Notes under the pieces: model-generated
The model's database searches: none
What the model was told of the DNA's origin: nothing
Seen by the model: the letters and a program-made list of their open reading frames with translations, nothing else
Assembly (NCBI GenBank): GCA_963843145.1
Contig: CAWJJC010000005.1
Coordinates: forward strand, 64,001 to 128,000
Reading direction: 5' to 3'
Length of the DNA: 64,000 bases
Source: an uncultured delta proteobacterium
GTDB lineage: Bacteria > Desulfobacterota > RBG-13-43-22
Translations under genes and position numbers: made by a program
Shown: positions 29,557-40,502 of the stretch, piece after piece
How positions within the stretch are numbered: the first letter of the stretch is position 1
How the letters are laid out: the number at the start of each line of letters is the position of its first letter

Positions 29557-31023
29557 ATGATTAATAAGACAACAGAAGCAAGGCAGATAGACTCAACCGC
29601 CCGGCGTTATCAGCAGGATCGTGTTTTCCATTGGAATATGGTCTCTCGGAAACTGGACCGATGGAAAGGAATGGGGGGATTTTATCAGAATCAGCTAATT
29701 CACTATTATACTCTGATGGTTCCACCCGGTTTACGGGTTCTTGAAATAGGCTGTGCCGGCGGCAAATTATTAGCTGCGTTGAAACCTGCCAAGGGAGTTG
29801 GTGTGGATTTCTCGGAAGAGATGGTAAAGAAGGCCTCCCAAAGATATTCCGGGCTTCGTTTTATCCAGGCCGATGCCCATGAATTATCATTGGATGAACA
29901 ATTTGATATCATAATACTTTCCGATCTCGTCAATGATCTCTGGGATGTCCAAATGGTCTTAGAACGGCTTAAACCCCTGACTCATCCCAAGACGCGCTTG
30001 ATCCTCAATACATATAACCGACTTTGGGAGATCCCGCTGGCCTTAACTCAAATGCTGGGTCTTAGCAATCCCAAATTAAGTCAGAACTGGTTAACCGTCG
30101 AGGATATTGTCAACCTGTTTCTATTGACAGGGTTTGAGATGGTTCAGCACCGGCAAGAGATCCTCTTGCCCTTGAGGATTCCTTTCTTAGCGGGATTGGC
30201 CAACCGCTTTCTGGTAAAATTGTGGCCTTTTTACTTTGCCGCCCTGACCCACTTCATCGTAGCCCGGCCGACAGAGGTTCCCAGGCAGCAGAACTGCTCG
30301 AAGGCCCCGTTAGTATCGGTGATCGTCCCAGCCCGGAATGAATCAGGTAACATTAAGGAAATCTTTGAACGTACACCCGAGATGGGCCAAGGGACTGAAC
30401 TGATATTTGTGGAAGGGCATTCCAAAGATGATACCTATGAAGCCATTGAGCGGATCAGGATTGAATTTCCAAATCGACATTGTAAAGTATTCAGACAAAC
30501 AGGGGAAGGAAAGGGTGATGCCGTCCGATTGGGTTTTGCTGAAGCCAGCGGCCAGATTCTAATGATCCTGGATGCGGACTTAACCGTTCCTCCGGAAACT
30601 CTGCCTCGATTCTATGACATCCTGGTTTCCGGAAAGGGAGAATTTGTCAACGGGGTACGCTTGGTTTACCCCATGGAAGATCAAGCCATGCGTTTCTTTA
30701 ATATCGTCGGAAACAAGTTTTTTAGCCTAGCCTTCTCCTGGCTCCTTGGCCAACCGATCAAGGACACCCTGTGTGGAACCAAGGTTATTTGGAAAAAAGA
30801 CTATGAGCAGATTGCTGCCAACCGTTCCTTCTTCGGCGACTTTGATCCCTTCGGGGATTTTGATCTCCTGTTCGGGGCGGCCAGGCTGAATATGAAAATT
30901 GTTGATTTGCCTATTCGATACCGGGAGCGTCGATACGGCACGACCAATATAAATCGTTTGAGCCATGGATGGTTGCTGCTCCGCATGGTCTTGTTTGCCG
31001 CCAAACGGATGAAGTTCGTTTGA
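29557..31023 (+). CDS. Class I SAM methyltransferase domain fused to a GT2 (polyprenol-phosphate glycosyltransferase-like) domain
   Basis: VLEIGCAGG, GVDFS; then VIVPARNESGNI, GKGDAVRLG, ILDADL, DTLCGTK. Confidence 0.88.
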   Translation: MINKTTEARQIDSTARRYQQDRVFHWNMVSRKLDRWKGMGGFYQNQLIHYYTLMVPPGLRVLEIGCAGGKLLAALKPAKGVGVDFSEEMVKKASQRYSGLRFIQADAHELSLDEQFDIIILSDLVNDLWDVQMVLERLKPLTHPKTRLILNTYNRLWEIPLALTQMLGLSNPKLSQNWLTVEDIVNLFLLTGFEMVQHRQEILLPLRIPFLAGLANRFLVKLWPFYFAALTHFIVARPTEVPRQQNCSKAPLVSVIVPARNESGNIKEIFERTPEMGQGTELIFVEGHSKDDTYEAIERIRIEFPNRHCKVFRQTGEGKGDAVRLGFAEASGQILMILDADLTVPPETLPRFYDILVSGKGEFVNGVRLVYPMEDQAMRFFNIVGNKFFSLAFSWLLGQPIKDTLCGTKVIWKKDYEQIAANRSFFGDFDPFGDFDLLFGAARLNMKIVDLPIRYRERRYGTTNINRLSHGWLLLRMVLFAAKRMKFV

Positions 31024-31055
31024 TTGTCGAAAAATTCAAATAAGGGCTAGTACAC

Positions 31056-31838
31056 ATGTTAAAAACCCTTTTCAGCCATCCATTGGCCCTTAATCTGGAG
31101 ATAGACGCTCCCGAAACCACTATTATGCACAGACGCATCATTCTGGAGAAACCTTTTCTTAAAAAGATTTATCAGGAATGGTATGCCTGGCTCGCCGCCG
31201 CTTTGCAGGATACTCCCACGGGACCGGTTACGGAATTGGGATCCGGAGGGGGGTTTTTGAAGGAGTTTCTTCCCCACCTGATCGCTTCGGAAATTTTTTT
31301 TACACCTTATGTGGATGCTGTTTTCGATGCCCAACAGCTACCATTTGCCAGTTCTTCATTGAAAGGAATATTAATGACCAATGTCTTTCATCACCTGCCT
31401 CGCCCAAAGGCCTTCTTCGCCGAGGCGGCCCGTTGTGTGCGACCTGGTGGGGTAATTGCCATGCTTGAACCCTGGGTTACCCCCTGGTCCTGTCTGGTTT
31501 ATAAACGTTTTCACCATGAGCCTTTTGACCCTAAGGTCCGGGAATGGGGATTTACACCCATCGGCCGGCTTTCCGGCGCAAACGACGCTTTGGCTTGGAT
31601 TGTCTTTCAGAGGGATAGGAAACAGTTTGATAGGGAATTTCCTCAATGGCGGATCAAGATCGTCCATCCCTGTACGCCCTTTTGTTACTTGCTTTCCGGG
31701 GGTGTAAGCCTGCGCAGCCTTATGCCTTCATGGTCCTTCAGGTTTTGGAAGAGGCTGGAGACCTGGCTAAATCCTTGGATGAAGAATTGGGCTATGTTTG
31801 CCGGAATCGTCCTCGTCCGTCAGGGGTATAAGGCCTGA
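31056..31838 (+). CDS. SAM-dependent methyltransferase
   Basis: Motifs ELGSGGGF, DAQQLPF, VFHHL, RPGG. Confidence 0.85.
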   Translation: MLKTLFSHPLALNLEIDAPETTIMHRRIILEKPFLKKIYQEWYAWLAAALQDTPTGPVTELGSGGGFLKEFLPHLIASEIFFTPYVDAVFDAQQLPFASSSLKGILMTNVFHHLPRPKAFFAEAARCVRPGGVIAMLEPWVTPWSCLVYKRFHHEPFDPKVREWGFTPIGRLSGANDALAWIVFQRDRKQFDREFPQWRIKIVHPCTPFCYLLSGGVSLRSLMPSWSFRFWKRLETWLNPWMKNWAMFAGIVLVRQGYKA

Positions 31839-31940
31839 AAAATCAAATTTCCGTTTAGTCTCCCGGATCCGCTCGTCGGTCGTCTTAACGGTCTCCCGTA
31901 CTTGACGCAGTCTGTCCACCATCACCCTCCGGTTGCCCGC

Positions 31941-33190
31941 TAGCCCAACTTCCGCATTTTCAGATTAAGGAATTAGTAAATTCAGCGAGTTACCGATTAT
32001 TGCGTTACTATTTTTCGCTATTTCGGCGCCACATTTAGATCGGTTGCATAACCTCCGCTGGAATTTGCAGGGTCCTGTAGATTTCCCTGTGTTGGGGTTC
32101 CGGGGTGGACCCCTTACGGATTTTGAGCACCAAGTCCATTTTCATGGGCAACACAATGGTAGCGACCTGATGGGAACTGAGGGTTTGACGAAGCGTCCAC
32201 CAGGAAGTATGGATGCCCTGATCAAGGAAACGCTTCTCGATCGCCACCAGCAGATGGTAGGCCAAGACACATAAGAAGATATGGGTCTGGGTCCGATTCT
32301 GTATTTGATGGAAAATGGGACGCTCCAGCAAGGGGCTCTTCAGGGAACGAAAGGCGCTTTCGACCCGGGTCAGGAGGATATAGGTGCGCCAAATTTCATC
32401 GGCGGTCAAATCCTGGCGGTCCGTTTTCAACAGATAGCTGCCATCCAGGCGGACCGCCAGGGCTTTTTTCTCTGCTTCTTCCTGCCAGATCACCTGTCGA
32501 GACGCGGCCTCGTAGTCAAGCCGATAATAACGGGCCACGCGGGGATAGCGCTCTTTCAGCCGACCCAGGGCTTGATGAAGCTTATCCGGCTGCTGTAAGC
32601 GGCCGCGGGCCACTCGTTGCCGTAACCGCTCCAGATCGGCCAGGAAACGCTTTTCCTGCTTATCCCGGATAGCCCGATCTTTCTCCTCCCGCCCGTCGCT
32701 GCGGCAAAGAATGAGGACCTCATCGCCTAGCGATCGCCGTTTAATCTGTACCCGGGATTTCTGCTGAAAAGGATTGCGCAGGGAAGGTTGGCGCCGGACT
32801 TCTTCCCAGCCCTCCTCGTCTTCAAAATCAGCCAACCAGGCGTTGGCCGGCAACGATATAATGTAATCCCCGGGCGCGGATCTGACGGAGATTCTCCTCA
32901 TAGGCCATGCCCCGATCAACCACTACGGTCGATCCCGGCTTCTTTCCCGTGCGCTGCTCCAAACTGTCCAGCATCGCCTCCACGGTACTCCGGTCCTGGC
33001 AGTTCCCCGCGAAGATCTCATGGGCCTTGGGAAACCCGTCCCGATCCAGCACCAACCCGACCACCACCTGCTTGCAATCCGGCCGCTGATCGCGCGAATA
33101 GCCCCGTTGGGCCTGCGGATTGGCCGCCGCTTGCCCTTCAAAATAGGTCGACGTCAAATCATACAAAAAAAAGGTCTCGTCCTGGTTGAA
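31941..33190 (-). mobile_element. IS1634-family element, 5'-truncated, with a frameshifted transposase
   Basis: LYDLTSTYFEG, GYSRDQRPDCKQV, VVDRGM; then RVESAFRSLKSPLLERPIFHQ, HIFLCVLAY; right end approximate. Confidence 0.85.
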
Positions 33191-33650
33191 CAAGGGAATA
33201 GTAAAGAAGACTGAAACGATAAATAGGGCCTCCATATATTGAGGAAATCTTTGAAGGGTTCTGGAAATCCTAACAGGCCTCTGAAACCGGTCACCTTCCC
33301 GACGGGATAGCAGTGAGCCAAGATGTGGGGCGAACAAAAACATTTTTTGTTCTGCCGAGACAGTGTTCCCCTCATCTTTAATTCGAGTGTCACGAGTGCC
33401 ACTATCTCCCGAACGAGTCCAGGGTGTTCTACCAACCCAAGGACAACCGAATTGTGCGTACTTTAAACGATAATCGCTGATTCTTTGAAAAGTCCCGATG
33501 GAGGAGTAGTAGGTGTTATACGTAACAAAGTCAGGGGAGTATTTCCCTAATCCCCCATGACCAGGAAGGCATTCTCAATATAATAATATGTGAGTCCCAA
33601 CAATCCGCTCAGAGCCCGGCATTATCAGAAGGTCAGGGTTGGCAAGTGCT

Positions 33651-33824
33651 TCAGCCTTCGGAGGGTTTGGCCTCCTCGATGAGCATGATCGGGATGTCAT
33701 CCTTGATCTCGTAAATCAGTTTACATTTCTTACAAATAAGTCCATCCCCGGCTTCATTCAAATAAATATCGCCCTTGCACTTGGGGCAAGCCAGGATCTC
33801 CAGTAATTCCTTGCTTATGGCCAT
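33651..33824 (-). CDS. Trm112/YcaR-like (UPF0434) small protein, 57 aa; absent from the ORF track
   Basis: MAISKELLEILACPKCKG...LICKKCKLIYEIKDDIPIMLIEEA; AAGGAG RBS. Confidence 0.92.
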   Translation of the reverse strand: MAISKELLEILACPKCKGDIYLNEAGDGLICKKCKLIYEIKDDIPIMLIEEAKPSEG

Positions 33825-33914
33825 GATGACTCCTTATTGGTTCATTTGGTTTATATGGTTTATTTCGTTTATCTGGTTAGAGGGAAACCATCTCTTTTCG
33901 ACCTTTTGCATTTT

Positions 33915-34859
33915 TCATTTATTGTAAATTTCCCGCACCCACTCCCACTCCCGCTCCAATCCCTCCATCATGGAAACTTCCGGATTGTAGTCCAATTCTT
34001 TTTTGATCTTCTCCAGGCTGGCCCCGGTATGGCGCACGTCCCCCTTTTGAACCGGCTGGTAATTTACTTCCAGGGGGTTTCCGGTGATCCGGCGCATGGC
34101 TTCCAGAATCTCGTTCAAGGTCCGGCGGCTCCCTCCCCCGATATTATAGACGGAGCCGTCACGCCCGGCCTCCAGCGCCCGCCGACAGCCCTGGACGATA
34201 TCGTCGATAAAGGTAAAATCCCGGGACTGTTCCCCATCCCCCCAGACCACCAGCGGTTTCCCCTCCATCCCGGCCTTAAAAAAGCGATGGAAGGCCATGT
34301 CCGGCCTCTGGCGGGGCCCATAGACGGTGAAAAACCGTAAGGCAACGGTCGGCAGTCCGAAATTTTTATAATACAGATAGGCCAGATATTCTCCGGCCGC
34401 CTTGGATACCCCGTAAGGGGACACCGGCCGCAGGATGGACTCCTCCCTCATCGGTAAGTCATCCGTATCTCCGTACAGGGAGGACGAAGAAGCATAGATG
34501 AATTTCTTGATCCCTTCTCCCCGGCAGGCCTCTAATAATCGTTGGGTGGCCAGGACATTGTTGTCCGAATAGGTGCGAAAGTTCTCTCCCCAACTGGCTC
34601 GGACCCCGGCCTGGGCGGCCAGATGAATGACACCCTCCAGGGGCTTTACCAGACCGACCAAATCGGTATCCAGGAGATCCGCTTCAATGAATTCAAACCC
34701 CGATTGGGCACGAACCCTCTCCAGGTTTCCTTCCTTCATCCAGCGGGGGTAATAATCCAAAAAGTTATCGATCCCGATTACCTGATGCCCTTGGGCCAGT
34801 AGCGCCTCGGACAGGTGGGAGCCAATGAATCCGGCGGCCCCGGTTATCAATAGTTTCAT
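33915..34859 (-). CDS. NAD-dependent nucleotide-sugar epimerase/dehydratase (UDP-glucuronate 4-epimerase-like)
   Basis: Motifs TGAAGFIG, HLAAQAGVR, YGVSK, RFFTVYGPRQRPDMA. Confidence 0.92.
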   Translation of the reverse strand: MKLLITGAAGFIGSHLSEALLAQGHQVIGIDNFLDYYPRWMKEGNLERVRAQSGFEFIEADLLDTDLVGLVKPLEGVIHLAAQAGVRASWGENFRTYSDNNVLATQRLLEACRGEGIKKFIYASSSSLYGDTDDLPMREESILRPVSPYGVSKAAGEYLAYLYYKNFGLPTVALRFFTVYGPRQRPDMAFHRFFKAGMEGKPLVVWGDGEQSRDFTFIDDIVQGCRRALEAGRDGSVYNIGGGSRRTLNEILEAMRRITGNPLEVNYQPVQKGDVRHTGASLEKIKKELDYNPEVSMMEGLEREWEWVREIYNK

Positions 34860-35980
34860 TTTCTTTGCTTCCTTTCAAGGACCTGCTGATAAACCCTATA
34901 AACCTTTTCGGCCATTTTTTCCACCGTATATTCCTTTTCCACCAGCCGGCGGCCTTCCTCGCCCAGGCGCCCGGCCGATTCCGGATCTCGTAGCGCCTGA
35001 ACCATCGCCTGAACCAAGGCCGCCGGGTCTTCCGGCGGAATCAATATTCCGGTTACCCCGGAGGCGACGATATCCGGGATCCCGCCCACAGCGGTGGCAA
35101 TGACCGGTTTGCCCATGGCCATAATCTGGAAGAGAAACTGGGGGATCCCTTCCGCTACCGAAGAAATAATCCCTAAATCGGTAAAAGACAGGATTTCCGG
35201 AATATCCTCCCGGTAGCCGGTCATGAGGATTCGATCCTCCAGTTGAGCTTTTCTTATTTCCTGTTCCACTCGATCACGGCCGGGGCCGTCCCCCACAAAA
35301 AGAAACCGGGCCTGGGGGAAAACCTTGATCAGCTCGGCGGCGGCGGCGATCACCAGTTCGTGGCGTTTCTGGGCCCTCAAAACGGCCACCAGCGTGATGA
35401 CCGGGCTGTCGATCGGCAGCCCCATCCGTTTTTTTAATTCCAGGTCCGGGGGTCGGGCATGGAATCGGCCCGTATCCGCCCCGGTGGGGATGGAAACGAT
35501 CCGTTCGGCTGGGATCTTGTGGGTTTGGAGCAATTCCCGGCGGATATGCTCCCCCGTAGTAATGATGGCATCGGGCAAATAATAGACCCGGTTCAACCAG
35601 GGCCGTCTCACCCGCACGGAGATATGACGGGTGCGAACCAACACCGGGACTCTGGCCCAGCGCCCGGCCAGGCCCCCGGCCCAACTGTCCACCGAACTAT
35701 GGGTGTGCAGCACGTCGATCTTTAATTCGCGAATCAGATTTTTTATCCGCAGGACAGACCCGGGCTCCCAGGCGCTTCTAATCTTGTGGGGAATGACCTC
35801 GATCCCCATCTTCCCGGCCTCTTCCGCCAGTTTCGTTCGAGGAGGGCAGAGGATCTGGACCTTATGCCCTTGCCGTCGATGTTCCCTCATTTCCAGCAAG
35901 ATGCGGATTTCCTGCCCGCCCCAGCCTTCCGACCATTCGGTATGGAGAATCGTAAATTTTTTATTTGCCCATTTTTCCAT
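34856..35980 (-). CDS. Glycosyltransferase family 4
   Basis: Motifs GWGGQEIR, HTHSSVDSW, EGIPQ, GKPVIATAVGGIP. Confidence 0.9.
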   Translation of the reverse strand: MEKWANKKFTILHTEWSEGWGGQEIRILLEMREHRRQGHKVQILCPPRTKLAEEAGKMGIEVIPHKIRSAWEPGSVLRIKNLIRELKIDVLHTHSSVDSWAGGLAGRWARVPVLVRTRHISVRVRRPWLNRVYYLPDAIITTGEHIRRELLQTHKIPAERIVSIPTGADTGRFHARPPDLELKKRMGLPIDSPVITLVAVLRAQKRHELVIAAAAELIKVFPQARFLFVGDGPGRDRVEQEIRKAQLEDRILMTGYREDIPEILSFTDLGIISSVAEGIPQFLFQIMAMGKPVIATAVGGIPDIVASGVTGILIPPEDPAALVQAMVQALRDPESAGRLGEEGRRLVEKEYTVEKMAEKVYRVYQQVLERKQRK

Positions 35981-36213
35981 CACGGTTTCTGATAAAGACA
36001 AAACGAATAATCAATAATCAATTGATAATGGTTAATTATTGATTGGCTCGGGATTATTTCCCTGATCTCCCAGCTTCCCTCTTCCTCTTGTGTCCTCTGT
36101 GGTGAATGGGCCTTTCTTTGGGCCTTTCACCCGCGGAATTGTGCACCATTTTTTCTTTCTTCTTTTGCTTCCCTCTTCCCTCTCCCATCTTCCATCTTCT
36201 TTTCGCTCAGCGC

Positions 36214-37104
36214 CTACCGCTCCTCTCTCGGCCAAGGCTGATAGGGCCGGGTCTTCCAGCGCTGGTGGACCCAGAAATAATGATCCGGGTAGCGGCGGGC
36301 CATGGTTTCGATTACCCGATTATACTGGGCCGTGTTTTCCTCGATGTTCTTGGTCCGATCGTCGAACTCCAGCCAGGGCACCGGAGGTTGGAGTTCCAAC
36401 CGATAGTGCCCGTTTCCCTCGTAGACCATGAAACCCGGCACCACCGGCGCTCCCGTGCTGAGGACCAACAGGGCCAGCCCCTTGTTGGTGCAGGCCCGTC
36501 GCCCAAAAAAATCGACAAAGACTCCGTCTTTCCAGTCGATGTTCTGGTCCATCAAGATCCCCAGGTTTTTTTTCTCCCTGAGGAGTTTAATCAAGACCCG
36601 CATGGACCGCTCTTTGGATACCACTCGGTTGCCGCTGACCTCCCGCAGGGCCCGGGAAAGTTTTTCCGCCGGTTCGAAATCCAGCGGCTTGACGATCACA
36701 TAGGTCGGCTCAAAAAAGTACCCGAAGCTGATCGGCATCAGTTCCCAGCACCCGAAATGGCCCGTTAGAAAAGCGATCCCCTTCCCCTGGGCCTTGGCCG
36801 CCTGGTAGTGTTCGATCCCCGTAAAGCGGACGTATTTTTTGACGCGCTCGGCACTGTAGCGGAACAGATACACGGCCTCGAAAAAGTGTCGGCCGATTCC
36901 CTGGAAGCATTGTTTCACCAGGTTCCAGCGTTCGGCTTCGGATTTTTGATCCCCAAATGCCGTGGTAACATTCTGAAAAGCGATTTGCCTTCTTCTTTTC
37001 AACAGGTGAAATAGTCCGGTCCCCAACCCTTCGCCGAGAAACAAACCGATCTTCCTGGGGATAAGGGAAAGGAGGATGACCAAAACATACAGCAGTCTAT
37101 ACAC
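36214..37104 (-). CDS. Lipid A late acyltransferase (LpxL/HtrB family); likely GTG start at 37104
   Basis: Motifs GHFGCWE, LMDQ, VDFFG, YFWVHQRWK. Confidence 0.88.
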   Translation of the reverse strand: MYRLLYVLVILLSLIPRKIGLFLGEGLGTGLFHLLKRRRQIAFQNVTTAFGDQKSEAERWNLVKQCFQGIGRHFFEAVYLFRYSAERVKKYVRFTGIEHYQAAKAQGKGIAFLTGHFGCWELMPISFGYFFEPTYVIVKPLDFEPAEKLSRALREVSGNRVVSKERSMRVLIKLLREKKNLGILMDQNIDWKDGVFVDFFGRRACTNKGLALLVLSTGAPVVPGFMVYEGNGHYRLELQPPVPWLEFDDRTKNIEENTAQYNRVIETMARRYPDHYFWVHQRWKTRPYQPWPREER

Positions 37105-38168
37105 GATCGCCGACCTCCCAAAGGTCCCGGACCGATTCAAAGACTTCCGCGGCTTCGACGGCCTGCAGGCAATCGAACCGTCCCTGGCAAGTAGGCTTTT
37201 TATAACAGGGGCTGCACGACAATCTTTTGTAATGAATCCTGTTGCCCTTCCCGTAAGGTCCGGTAAAGCGCGGGTCGTCAGGTCCGTAAATCCCCACCAC
37301 CGGTACACCTAAGGCCACCGCCAAATGGAGGGGTCCGGTGTCGGACCCCACTACCAGCCGGCATCTTTCCAACACTGCCGCCAAGTGCCGCAGGGAGAGC
37401 CGGCCCAAGCCGTCGATGACTCCCCGGCCGGAAATCGGGACTTGACCCAGAAACCGCTGCCGATCCTGCGCGTCCCCCAGCAGGACCACCTGAACCCCTT
37501 CCAAAAGGGAAAGGCGCTCCAGCAGAGCGGCCCATTGTATTAAGGGGCCAGCATTTTTGGGGCAGGGAGGCTCCCACCTGCAGGCCGATGATTTGTTCGC
37601 CTTCCCTCACCCCTTGGGTCTGGAGAAAATGGTCGGCCCAGGTCCTCTCTTCCGAGCGAAGGCCCAGTTGGAAATCCGGGGGTCCCGGAGGGCACCCCAG
37701 GAATTCAGCCACTTTCAGATTGCGGTCCACGGCGTGCAAACCCTCCCCTTCCGGGATCTGCCGGGAAACCCAATAACTGAATTCCTTCAAGCCGGTGCAG
37801 CCCAATCGGCGGGGGGCCCCGGCCAGAAGGGCCATCAGCCCCGATTTGGCCAACCCCTGCAAATCGATGGACAGGTCAATCCGCAGGTCCCTCAAGGCCC
37901 GGCGCAAGCGGACCAACTCTCTCCAGGCCTCGTCCCAGGACTTCCGGGCCAGAAGGGCTTGAATCTTTTTCCGGGGATAGACCACGACTCCCTCCAACAG
38001 GGGATGGGCTTCCAGAATCGGGGCGCAGCGGTCCTCCACCACCCAAAATAACTTGATCCGGGGAAAGCTCGTTTTCAGGCGGGAGGCCACCGGCAGCGCA
38101 TGGATCACGTCTCCCAGGGAGGTCAACTTGATCATGAGGATCCGTTGGCTCCCCTGAGGGTCAATCAA
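37097..38168 (-). pseudogene. GT9 heptosyltransferase (WaaC-like) with one frameshift in a C4 run near 37545; probably a sequencing error
   Basis: N-part IKLTSLGDVIH, DLQGLAKS; C-part DTGPLHLA, CSPCYKKPTC. Confidence 0.82.
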
Positions 38169-39270
38169 ACCCGTGAACCGACCGGACCGTTTCCAGAACA
38201 TCCCTGACCTCGATGGCTTTCATGCAGGTTAACTCCGAACAATTGCGTTCCCGGCAGGGACTGCAGGAAACCGGTTTTCGGATGATTCGGGCTTTGTTGC
38301 CGAAAGGTCCGGTCAACTCCGGTCGGGTCGGCCCGATAATGGCCACCACGGGCCGATCCAAAGCCGCGGCCAGGTGCATGGGACCGGCCTCGTTGCCGAT
38401 GAAAAGGTCGGTTTCCTTAAGCAGGGCGATCAACTGTTTGAGACTCAGCCGATTGACCAGATCAATCACCGGCACTCGGATCAGGGAAAAAAGCGCTTCG
38501 AACAGACGGCCTTCCTGGCTGCCGCCTGCGGCCCCCCCGATCACGGCCAACCGCAGGCCGGGGGTCAATCCCAGGGTATTGATCAATTCGGCAAAGCGGT
38601 CCACCGGCCAACGGCGGGAGAGCCAACCGGCTCCCGGATGAATGACCACCAGCCGTTCCTGCTCCCGACGGCCGGCCGAGACCAGGATTTCCCGAACCTG
38701 ATTTTGGGCGGTCTCGGAAATCGTCCATTGAAATTGGACCTCGTCGGTCGGTCCTCCCAGAAAATCAATGACGAGCAGATTTCTTTCCACGGTATGCCGA
38801 TCATTGGGGCGGGGGGGAATCTCTCGAGAGAAAAATCCGGACAATTCTTTCATCCCGGTGGTATTGGCCGACCCTATCCGCCAGCGGGCCCCGGCCATCC
38901 AGACCAGCAGGGCCGACTTGGCCAAACCATGCAGATCGATGGACAGGTCAAAAGATCGGGAGCGCAGCTCCCCTTTTAACCGACGAAAGGTTTGCCACAC
39001 CCCTTTCCAGGCCCTCTTTTTGAGGGCCTCCTCTATCGCCTTAAAGGGGACTACCAGCACTTCATCCAGGTCCGGGTGCCCCTCCTCAACCAGATCCCGG
39101 CAGCGGTCATCCACCAGCCAGGTGATCCTGGCCCGGGGATACGTCCGGCGCAGCGCGGACAGTGTGGGCAAACTGAAAACAATATCCCCGATCCGGCTCG
39201 GCTGAATCAGGAGGATGCGTTTGATTTCGCCCTTAGGGGGAGGCGAGGACGGTTTTCGGAATAGACTCAT
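38161..39270 (-). CDS. GT9 heptosyltransferase (WaaC-like)
   Basis: Motifs PSRIGDIV, DLHGLAKS, HPGAG, NEAGPMHLAAA, CSPC. Confidence 0.88.
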   Translation of the reverse strand: MSLFRKPSSPPPKGEIKRILLIQPSRIGDIVFSLPTLSALRRTYPRARITWLVDDRCRDLVEEGHPDLDEVLVVPFKAIEEALKKRAWKGVWQTFRRLKGELRSRSFDLSIDLHGLAKSALLVWMAGARWRIGSANTTGMKELSGFFSREIPPRPNDRHTVERNLLVIDFLGGPTDEVQFQWTISETAQNQVREILVSAGRREQERLVVIHPGAGWLSRRWPVDRFAELINTLGLTPGLRLAVIGGAAGGSQEGRLFEALFSLIRVPVIDLVNRLSLKQLIALLKETDLFIGNEAGPMHLAAALDRPVVAIIGPTRPELTGPFGNKARIIRKPVSCSPCRERNCSELTCMKAIEVRDVLETVRSVHGFD

Positions 39271-39394
39271 TATTCGTATGAAAATAGAACTCGGCGCCAC
39301 AAGGCATTTATTGATAGCTAATAATTAATAATTGATTATTAATTATTGATGTCAACTGGATACCGGAAGGTTCTAATCTGAAAATCTAAATTTT

Positions 39395-40435
39395 TTAGGT
39401 CAGGTCTTTCAGGGCTTCCCAGACCTCATCCACGCCGATGGCTTCCATGCAAAAGCGGGCCTCCCGGCATTCTTTTCGAAAACAGGGACTGCAGGGAAAC
39501 GGCTTTCGGATTACCCGGGAGGTCTTCCCCCAGGGCCCGGTCCTTTCCGGGCTGGTCGAACCGAACAAGGCCATCAGGGGCCTGTTCAGAGCCGCCGCCA
39601 CGTGCATCAATCCGGAATCATTACTGACCACCGCCTGGCAGCGCTCCACCAGGGCCAGGGCTTCTCCCAGGGAAGTTTGGCCCATCAAATTAATAAAGGG
39701 TCCCTGGGGGATTTCCTTCCCGCCCGGTGCAGTGCCCAGCGCATCTCCGGCGGCCCCCAAGAGGATAACCCGAGCGCCTCGTTGGTGCTGGATTCGTTCC
39801 GCCAATCTTTCATAAGCCGAAAACGGCCAACACTTGGCCGGTCCGTACTGGGCGCCCGGAGCCAGACCGATCACCGGATCATCGGGTCTGACACCAAAGG
39901 ATGCGAGTCGCCGGCCGGCCTCATCTTTCCATTTTTCAGCCACCCTCAACCGCAGGGGGTGCCTCTCCGGGTCTGGAATTTCCCGAATCCCCAAGCCCTC
40001 CAGAAGCTGCATAAAGGAGAGTACCTGGTGCTGCTCATTGAATCTCAAAGGAAGGGGTTTGGCCTGGGTCAACAGCCGTCCCCGTCCTTCCGTGGCATAC
40101 CCCACCCGGACCGGGATACCGCTTAAGAAGGAAATCCAGGCCGACTCAAAGGAATGGGGAAAATGCACGACGATTTCAAAATTCAACTGTTTCAGCGCCT
40201 TCGCCAGGAGCCACTTACCACGAATCCCTCGATGGCGGCCTTTATTTTCATAAATAATCACCTGCCGGACATCGGGATTCGTTTCAAAAACCGGGGCCAC
40301 TCCCGGCCGGGCCAGGACCGCTAATTCAGCCTCGGGAAAATGGGTTTTTATACTATGAATGGCCGGGGTGGTCAATAAGGCATCTCCCAGCCAGTTGGTA
40401 GAGCGAATTAAAATTTTACGAAAAGGGTCGGCCAT
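39395..40435 (-). CDS. waaF: LPS heptosyltransferase II
   Basis: Motifs NWLGDA, PGAQYGPAKCWP, SNDSGLMHVAAA, CSPCF. Confidence 0.9.
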   Translation of the reverse strand: MADPFRKILIRSTNWLGDALLTTPAIHSIKTHFPEAELAVLARPGVAPVFETNPDVRQVIIYENKGRHRGIRGKWLLAKALKQLNFEIVVHFPHSFESAWISFLSGIPVRVGYATEGRGRLLTQAKPLPLRFNEQHQVLSFMQLLEGLGIREIPDPERHPLRLRVAEKWKDEAGRRLASFGVRPDDPVIGLAPGAQYGPAKCWPFSAYERLAERIQHQRGARVILLGAAGDALGTAPGGKEIPQGPFINLMGQTSLGEALALVERCQAVVSNDSGLMHVAAALNRPLMALFGSTSPERTGPWGKTSRVIRKPFPCSPCFRKECREARFCMEAIGVDEVWEALKDLT

Positions 40436-40502
40436 GAGGACGAATCTGACACCTTTTTATCTGGAAATTTATCCCTAACACTTGATGAATCAGTTAAGAT
40501 CT

